From a virus (taxonomy: Duplodnaviria > Caudoviricetes): a DNA stretch of 25,636 nucleotides. The translations under genes and the position numbers were made by a program. The DNA is taken from positions 1 through 25,636 of the IMG/VR virus record IMGVR_UViG_3300044513_002746. One strand, 5' to 3'. Under the pieces are notes generated by a model, which was not told the origin of the DNA, did no database searches, and saw nothing but the letters and a program-made list of their open reading frames with translations. Below, piece after piece: positions 1 through 9,000 of the stretch. Positions within the stretch are counted from its first letter, which is position 1; each line of letters begins with the position of its first letter.

Positions 1-2
1 TT

Positions 3-3000
3 ATTAAGCAATCAAAAGATTTTTATTTAAGTAGAGGAACTGATAGATCTTTTGAAATTTTATTTCAAGCATTATACAACGAACCAGTAACGGTTGTAAA
101 GCCAAGAGATTTTCTTTTTACGCCATCTAACTCGGATTATAGAGTTACTAACGACTTAGTTGTTGAAGCCGTAACTGGTGATCCTTTGGATCTTGATCAA
201 GCAACTCTCAATCAAGAACAATATCCTTTTGCAAATATTGTAAAAGCATATGCACCAATAACTGAGGTTGAAAAACTTCAAGTTGGAACTGCAAAAAGTT
301 TTTATAAACTAAGTCTCGATGGTGGTTATGACAGAGATGTTGAAGTTGAAGGTGCTATTCGTGGATCTTTTAGTATTCACCCGAAAACAAAACTAATCGG
401 ACAAGTTGGTTCTGGTGCAACTATTCTTAGTGTTGATTCTACTGTTGGATTTGGAACCACGGGCGAATTGGCCGTTGTATACAATGACACAACCACTGGT
501 TTTGTTTCATATACATCTAAGACCTTAACAGAGTTCTTTGGATGTAGCAATATAACGGGAACTATCTCTGATGGCGAAGACGTTGGTATTAATACGTTTG
601 CATATGGTAGATCTTTTAAAGATCAAAACGAAATTATTACCGTAAGAATTAATTCTGTTCTTAGTAACTTAGAATTTCCATCTAATACAACTAATTTCCG
701 TGATGGGGATACTGCAAGAATCAGAACATTAGGTAGAGATAAAACTGAAACCATCTATAGAAACTGGTTCTACAACTATGCATCCTCTCACTCAGTAAAA
801 TCAATCAAGTTGGTTGATGCTTCTGATAACAGTTATGATCTTCAATTAAATCAGAGACAGTTTTTCCGTCCTAATGATAGCATCGATATTATCGATGACA
901 CTGGTGCTACCAGAACTGGAGTTGTTTATTCGATCCTTTCCGATACCGCAATTGCTATAAAAGGATCAGGATCTCTCAATTCAAATAGATCATATACAGT
1001 AAATAGAAAAATTCTGAAAGGAAATGCTCAGAACTTTCCTTCAGCAGAACTATATCAGGCAAATATACAGGGCGTTTATGACAACGAAGAAAATTTCCTT
1101 GTAGCATCATCTTCTATTCCATCATATTTTACATCTGCAATTAATACCAGTGATAGAACAGTTACTTTCTCTGGTACTTTCTTTGGAGATGAACTTGAAA
1201 TAACTCCTCTCGGAAAACACAACTTCTACTCAGGTGATGCAGTATACTATGCTGCTCAACTAAAAGAAGAATCATTTGTAAATGATAGTGGAAATGTAGA
1301 AAAAAGAACAGTAATAGGAACTTCTCTTGGTGCAAATTTCCCTGACGGATTATATTATGTTAAGAGAATAAGCGATACTAAGTTAAAACTTGCTAAGAGT
1401 AGAAGTGATGTCTATAATAACAAATTTATTTCAGTTGAAAGTTCAACCACGGTAACTGATAATACCTTACAACCATTTACCTTTAGAGATAAAACTCTTG
1501 AATCTCAGAAGTTAATTAGAGAGATTCCCAAAAATGCACAGCACACTGGAAAACTAACTCCCACTGAACCAGGATTTACTGGTATATTAGTTAATGGGGT
1601 TGAGGTTCTTAACTATAAGTCCCCTGACGTTGTTTATTATGGTCAGATAGATGAAGTAGAAGTCCTTGCTCAAGGTTCTGACTATGATATTATTGATCCC
1701 CCACTTCTTTTTGTTAGTGATACTGTTGGAACTGGTGCAACTGGAGACGTTTCTGTATCTGGATCATTAGAATCCATCAGAGTTCTTGATCCTGGATTTG
1801 ATTACACTTCAAAACCAACCATAACAATTATGGGTGGTAATGGTAATGGAGCAGATGCTATCCCCAATATGAAACTGATTGATCATTCAGTTTCATTTTT
1901 CTCAGAAGCTGCATCTAATAGAGTTGGTCTTGGTTCTACACAATCATCTATTGGATTCTCTACTTATCATAAACTGAGAAATGGTGAGCAGATAATCTAC
2001 AGAACAAACGGGCAGCAAGCAATCGGTGGTTTAACTACAGATGCCAAGTATCATGTCTCTGTTCAAGATAATCAAACTGTAAAACTTCACAATAATTTAA
2101 GTGATGTTCTTGTAGGAATTAATACAGTAGAATTCACTTCTTTCGGAAATGGATCTCATCAACTTCAAACCGTTAACAAGAAGTCTGTAGTCGAGTCTAT
2201 TTCTGTTATTAATAGTGGATCTGGATATGAGAATAAGAAGCGATCTGTAGTAATTTCTGGAATCAGTACATCTCAAGATATCATTAATATAAAAAATCAT
2301 GATTTTAAGTCTGGTGAGAGAGTAAAATACACTGCTGGAACCTCTGCAGTTGGTGGACTGACTGATGAGACAGAATATTATGTTATCAGGGTTGATAATA
2401 ACAACTTTAGATTAGCAGAAGTGGGTCTTACCACATCAACAAGAACTTTTTTCTATGATACCAATCAGTTTATTCAACTAACTTCTACTGGTGCTGGGAC
2501 ACATTCATTCAATTATCCTGAGATTTCGGTTTCTATCTCTGGACAAATTGGAATATCTTCTATTGGATCTGAAACATTTCAGGCAGAAATTCAACCAATC
2601 TTCAGAGGAGAAATAACTTCGGTCAATCTTTCTAACAATGGTGTTGGATATGGATCATCTGAAGTTCTTAATCTTGATAGACCACCCGAAGTAACTGTCA
2701 TTTCTGGACAAAACGCACAGTTGTCACCAGTAATTAATAATGGTCGTCTACAAGAAGTGTTAGTTTTAAATGCTGGTAAGAAGTATAATTCACCACCAGA
2801 TCTGACAATCACTGGGGATGGTATCGGTGCTGTCATAACTCCTGTCATGTCTAATGGAACTATAACTTCGGTTAAAGTTCTTGAATCTGGAATTGGATAT
2901 GAGCAGAGCACAACTTCTATTAATATTGTTTTCCCTGGAAGAGGTGTTACTTTAAGAGCAAAACTTCAAAATTGGAGAGTTAACTTATTCCAAAAAAATC

Positions 3001-6000
3001 TCTTCAATTTCCAAGACGATGATGGAATTGTTGTAAATGGAACTAATGAAGACTTTGGATTGCAATATGCTCATGTTTATGCTCCCAGAAAGTTTCGTCA
3101 GTTAAACTATTCTGTTGATGCTGGTGGCAAAGTGCAATATGGTGATGCAGATCTTAAGATTGATGCAAATACAAAAGAAGAATCTCTGTCAAGGCAACAC
3201 TCTCCAATTATAGGTTGGGCATATGACGGTCATCCAATTTACGGTCCATATGGATATACAACACGTTCTGGTGGAGCCGTTTCTCCCATGCAGACTGGAT
3301 ATGTAGAGGAATCTACTAAAGCACAAAGACCTCCTCTTACAACTTGGCCATCAGGATTCTTCATTGAAGACTTTGTATATAAAAACAAAACTGGAGTAGG
3401 AGTTCTTGATGAAAACAATGGAAGACATTGTGTAACTCCAGATTTCCCAAATGGAACTTATGCATACTTTGCGACTATCGCAACCAATGAAGCAGATACC
3501 CAGTCACCTTTCACTGGATTTAGAAGACCCAAGTTCCCATATCTGATTGGACATAATTATCATGCTAAACCAAATACATTCAACTTCCAAAAAGTAGCAA
3601 ACCAAGATGAGTTTGATTTTAATAATTCAAACTATATTAAGAACACTGCTCCATTTAACTATATCGATGGTAAGTCAACAAGATATAAGTATATCTCTCT
3701 TCCAAATGATTTAAATCAAGAAGTTGAAGTTAGAAATGCTCTCAGAGGACCTATTGATTCTGTTGGAATTATCACTGGAGGAAACAATTATAAGGTTAAC
3801 GACCCAGTTGTATTCAATAATGCAAACACAGGTGGTGGAGGCGTTTCTGCAAGGGTCTCACGCATCTTAGGAAGACCTGTTGAAAGTGTAAGTGTTGCCA
3901 CAAGTTCCATTTCTGGAGTGGAATTTTATCCATCTGGAGAGAAAGGAAAATTTATTGCATTTACTGAGAACCCTAATGATTTTAGAAATTCTGACATCAT
4001 TTCTGTAAGTGGTGTTTCAACTTCTGGATCTAAATTGGAGGGAACTTATCTTGCAGGTATTGGAACAAATGTTTACAAGGTAGCTGGAGTAGGAACAACA
4101 TCTTCTGGAATTGGAACTGTTGAAGCAACTGGTATTGTTACTTACATTAATGTAGTAGGTAATTTAAATTATCCAAACATTAGAGAGAATGATATCCTCC
4201 AGATTGGAACAGAAACTGTCAAAGTTCTAAATGTTGATCTGCGTCTTTCAAGATTAAGAGTTCGTAGATCTGTAAATGGTATTGTTGGTGTATCGCATAC
4301 AGTTGGAACTGGTGTAACTTCTTTGCAGAGAAAATTAACTATTGCCTCTGGATTCAAGACAGATTTTACATATAGGAATAATAAGCAAGTTTATTTTAAT
4401 CCAGTAGAAACTGTAGGACTTGGTAGCACTGGTGGTGTTGGTATTGGAAGCACTATTTTCTTCACCAACCCAGGAACTGGTGGAACATCAATAGTTATTC
4501 CTACTAAGACTCTCTTCTTTAAAGATCATGAGTTTAAAACCGGCGAGATTGTAACATACTCTGCTAATAATGGTAGTGGAATTATTGTTCAAGACGAAAC
4601 AAACGTTGGAGTTGGAACTACCGTTGCAGATGGAACCCAACTCTTTGTTGCTAAAGTTTCAGAGAACTTAATTGGTTTATCAACAGTAAGAGTTGGTCTG
4701 GGAACAACTGGAACATTCGTCGGTGTTGACAATACTGTATCTACTACATTAGCATTTCTTGGTATAGGAACCGGCGTTGAGCATAGTCTTAAAACTAACC
4801 ATACGATAATAACTGGAACTGTTTCAAGAAATAGAGTAACTGTTTCTACAGGACAAACTCATGAACTTAGTGTCAATCATGACATTTTCTTGGACGTAAA
4901 TCCTGGAATATCCTCTGCATTTACAGTCAAGTATAATGATTTCAATAGAAAAATTATTGTTAATCCTAAGTCTTATAGTTCCACTGGAATTAACACCTCA
5001 ACTGGTGTAATCACTATTGTAAACCATGAATTTATCAATGGTCAAAAAGTAATCTATACATCTGGAGATGTTGCAGAAGGACTTACTGACAATGACATTT
5101 ATTATGTTACTGTTACTGGAAAAGATACACTCAAACTTGCAAACAGTTACGAAGATTCAGTAAAAAATATTCCTGCAACTGTTGGTATTGCAAGTACTGG
5201 TGGCGGCGGAACAATCAATCCAATTAATCCTCCACTAAACCTGTACAAAGATTCTACGGTTACTTTCAATCTTACAGATTCTTCTTTAGCACACACAATA
5301 CAAAATACATCATATCCATCATTTGAATTTAACTTATATCACGATGCCAACTTTAGTAATAAGTACGTTGGTAAGTTAAGTGATGATAGAAATTTCGACG
5401 TAACCAGAACTGGTAGACCTGGTATTGATGGGACTGCTAAAGTTTCTTTAATTGTCAATAATGACACTCCAGATAGACTTTACTACAGGTTGGATCCAGT
5501 TTATGAAAGTGACGATGTTCCAGCAGAAAAAACTCAAATAAGCATTGATGCCGATGTACTGGAAAATAATACTGCAAAAATACTAAAGAGTTTGTATAAC
5601 GGCAAGCATAGAGTTTCTACTGCTGCATCTGACTCATTTACTTTTACACTTGGAGTAACTCCAGAAAAATCATCGTATATCTCATCTACTTCTGCAGCAA
5701 ACATTACTTATGAAACCACTTGCACACATGCAAGAGGCCCAGTAACTAAAATTGAAATTGTAAACAGTGGAAGGTCATACTTTGCACTTCCTGGAGTAAC
5801 AACCATTACTTCTGTGGATGGTCGTGGTGTAATCTTGGAGGCAAAGGGTAATAAAATTGGTAAGATCAATAAGACTCGTATCAAGAACATTGGATTTGAT
5901 TTCCCAGCAGATAAGTCACTAAGACCATCTATAACTCTTCCAAATGTTATCAGCATTAAGTCTCTGAAGTCTTTCGATGCCATTGGCATTTCCTCAGCGG

Positions 6001-9000
6001 GAAGAGGTTATTCAACAGCACCAAAACTGTTGGTGTTTGATGGCAGAACTAATGAGAGAATCACTGATGTAGATCTCAAGTATGAACTTGGAGATAATCA
6101 GGTAACCATTCTCAGAAATACAAAGGGAATGAGTAACACCACTCCTGTGATTTTACCCACAGCAAATACCAACGGAGTAGGAATCAGCACAATTGGATTC
6201 AATACAACTACTAATCAGGTTACAGTTACCTTAGCAGTTGGATTTAGCACAGCAGAGGCTTTCCCATGTGAAGTAGGTGATAAGGTTCTGATTGAAAACA
6301 TTAGTGTTGGTATTGGATCAACCGGAAAAGGATTTAACTCCTCTGCATATGATTACAAGTTGTTCCCAATTATTGCTGTAGATAAGAACCTTGGAGGTAT
6401 TGGAGCAACTGTTGCATACAGTCTGGAAGGTTTAATTGATAGTAATAAAGGAGAGTTTGTTGGTAAATTTGATTCATTCAACTCTGGTGGAAGAATTATT
6501 CCAGAGAAATACTTCCCACTCTTTGATGTTACCTTAAAAGACAATGAGTTCTTACAGGATGAAATTGTATATTCTCCAAATACCTCAGGTACTGTTGAAA
6601 GTTGGGATAGAAAAACTGGAACTCTTAGAGTTTCGACCAAAAAAGATTTTGCTGTTGGAGAAATAATTATAGGAAAAGCATCTAACACTCAGGGTATTGC
6701 TTCTTCAGTAACAACCTATAATTCTATTCTCGATACTGCCGAATCTTCAAGAGTTATTAAAGGATCACAAAATGATTCTGGTTTCTTAAATGCTAATCTG
6801 CAAAGAGTGCAGGATAGTTTCTACTATCAAAACTTCTCATATTCCTTAAGATCAAGAATTGACTTTGATACTTGGAATGATGCTGTTAGCGTTACCAATC
6901 ATACCGCAGGTTTCCGCAAGTTCTCCGATTATCAACTTGAGACTCCAGCATCATTCTCTGAGATAAATGCAAACTCAATGGCAGTCGGACTATCAACTGA
7001 GTTATCATATTTTAGTGTTGTAAATGATCTTTACAGTATCGCTGATCTGAATTGTGTTTACAACTTTGATTTGGTTGCAGAAAACTCCCTGGATGCTTCT
7101 GGAGTAATATACTCTGATGAGATCATCTTTGCAAGCAGAATTCTCACTGACTTCTTTGAATCTTTCGGGAACAGAGCTGTCAACTTCGATAACATCAGTG
7201 GACTGTTCAATAGCAATCCAAGAGCAACCAGGTTCTCTCTGATTGATAGTTTTAATATTAATAATAGTAGAGCACTTAAGTATTTCATCTATACTAAAGA
7301 TGAAAGATTTACTGGACATAGACAATTTGATATTGTCACCATGCTTCAAGATGGTACATTTGCATATATCAACCAGTATGGAAGAACGGATACTGTAGGT
7401 GAACTTGGTTCATACGATATGACCATTTCGGGAGTCAACGGTTCTTTACAATTCTTCCCCAATGACTTTGCATTCAATGATTATCAAATAGTTAATATTG
7501 CATATCATCTTGATGATAATGTAATTGCTGGATTGGGAACAACAGTTGCTCTCGATAATGTTGTAGAAATTCAAACTGATAGTGTTGATTGCAGCAGTCG
7601 TGCAACAGTTGTTTCTGTAGCAAATACTGTTAGATCTATGAAGGTTTATTCAACAGTAACCAACATTCAATCAGATCCTACTCTTAATGAGTATCAATAT
7701 GATGAACTTAATCTCATCCATGATGGAAGTGAGGTTTATGCTACAGAATTTGGAAGACTGACCACTAACTTAGGATCTTTCGTTGGATCTGGATTTGGAA
7801 CTTATTATCCATATCTTGATGGATCAGAATTTAAGGTGGACTTTATTCCTGTTGCTGGACTTGCAGGTACAGTAGTTGCAAATACTTTGCAAGTTGGATT
7901 CACAACTGAATCTATTGTTGGATTTGGAACGCACGAGATGAAGCACGTCTTTATTGACGCACGGACAACAACGATCGCTGCTTCTGGAACTCCTGGTATT
8001 ACAACTGTTGCATCTTATCTACCCGAATACGATGCAGCATACTTCATGGTTCAGATTTCTGATACTGGTAATAATCACAATCATCATGAATTGAGAGAAA
8101 TGCTTGTTATGGATGACTTCTCATCTGCAGAAGAAGTATCAACAACATATATTCAAGAGTTTGGTAATGTTGAGACTGAACTAACTCTGCCATATGTAAC
8201 TGGACTTGGAACATTTGGTGCAAGAGTTGCATCAAATGGTGGAGTATCCTTGACCTTCACTCCACAAGCTGGAATTGGTGTTACAGTCAAGACTTTCATG
8301 AATGCTCTTAGACTTGAAGATGATAGTAAGGATGAAATTGATTTTGAAAATGGTCTGATTGTTTCTCACTATGCTCGTTATGAGGGAACTGAGAATGCTG
8401 TTAAGAAACAGTTTAATTTAGAGCACAGATCTGCTCCAGTATTTGAAAAATACTTTGAAGGTAATGACTCTGATATTATCAGTGTTGATGCTGATACTAT
8501 CAGAATTCCAAACCACTTCTATGTTACTGGCGAAGCAATTCGTTATGATAGAAATGGTGGAATTACATCATCTATTGGTATTGCAACTACAAGTTTTGCT
8601 GGACTTGGTAACACAGATTTCCTCCCAATTGAACAAGATATATTTGTCATCAAAGTTACCGATGATAAGATTAAACTTGCATCTTCTGCAGAAAATGCAC
8701 TGAAGAGAATCGCAGTTCCCATTGAACTTGAAAGTGTAGGTATTGGTACTTCTCATAGATTTATTGCAACTAATCAAAATGCCAAGTGTTTAATTGCACT
8801 TGATAATTTAATTCAATCTCCAATTGTATCTACTGCTCAAACTCAAACTCTTGCTGACAATGTAAGCACAGTTGAGAATGCCATAAAACTGAGTGGAATA
8901 ACCTCGTTCTTTGGATCAGATCTCATTAAGATGGGCGATGAGATTATGAAGATTACTGGTGTTGGTATCGGTAGCACGAATAGATTTACTGTTCGTAGAG

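Larger units (their letters stand above)
1218..8700 (+). repeat. Dispersed ~50-70 aa protein repeat H-x-F-x-x-G-[DEQ]-x-[VI]-x-Y...[YF]V...[FL]xL[AS], six copies in gp7
   Basis: Copies start at 1218 (HNFYSGDAVYY), 1968 (HKLRNGEQIIY), 2298 (HDFKSGERVKY), 4527 (HEFKTGEIVTY), 5025 (HEFINGQKVIY) and 8514 (HFYVTGEAIRY). Confidence 0.75.

Noticed and set aside
186-188. TTG start assigned to the 3910-aa ORF
   Set aside because: The frame is open back to base 3 and encodes a conserved gp7 motif, so the real start is upstream of the window.
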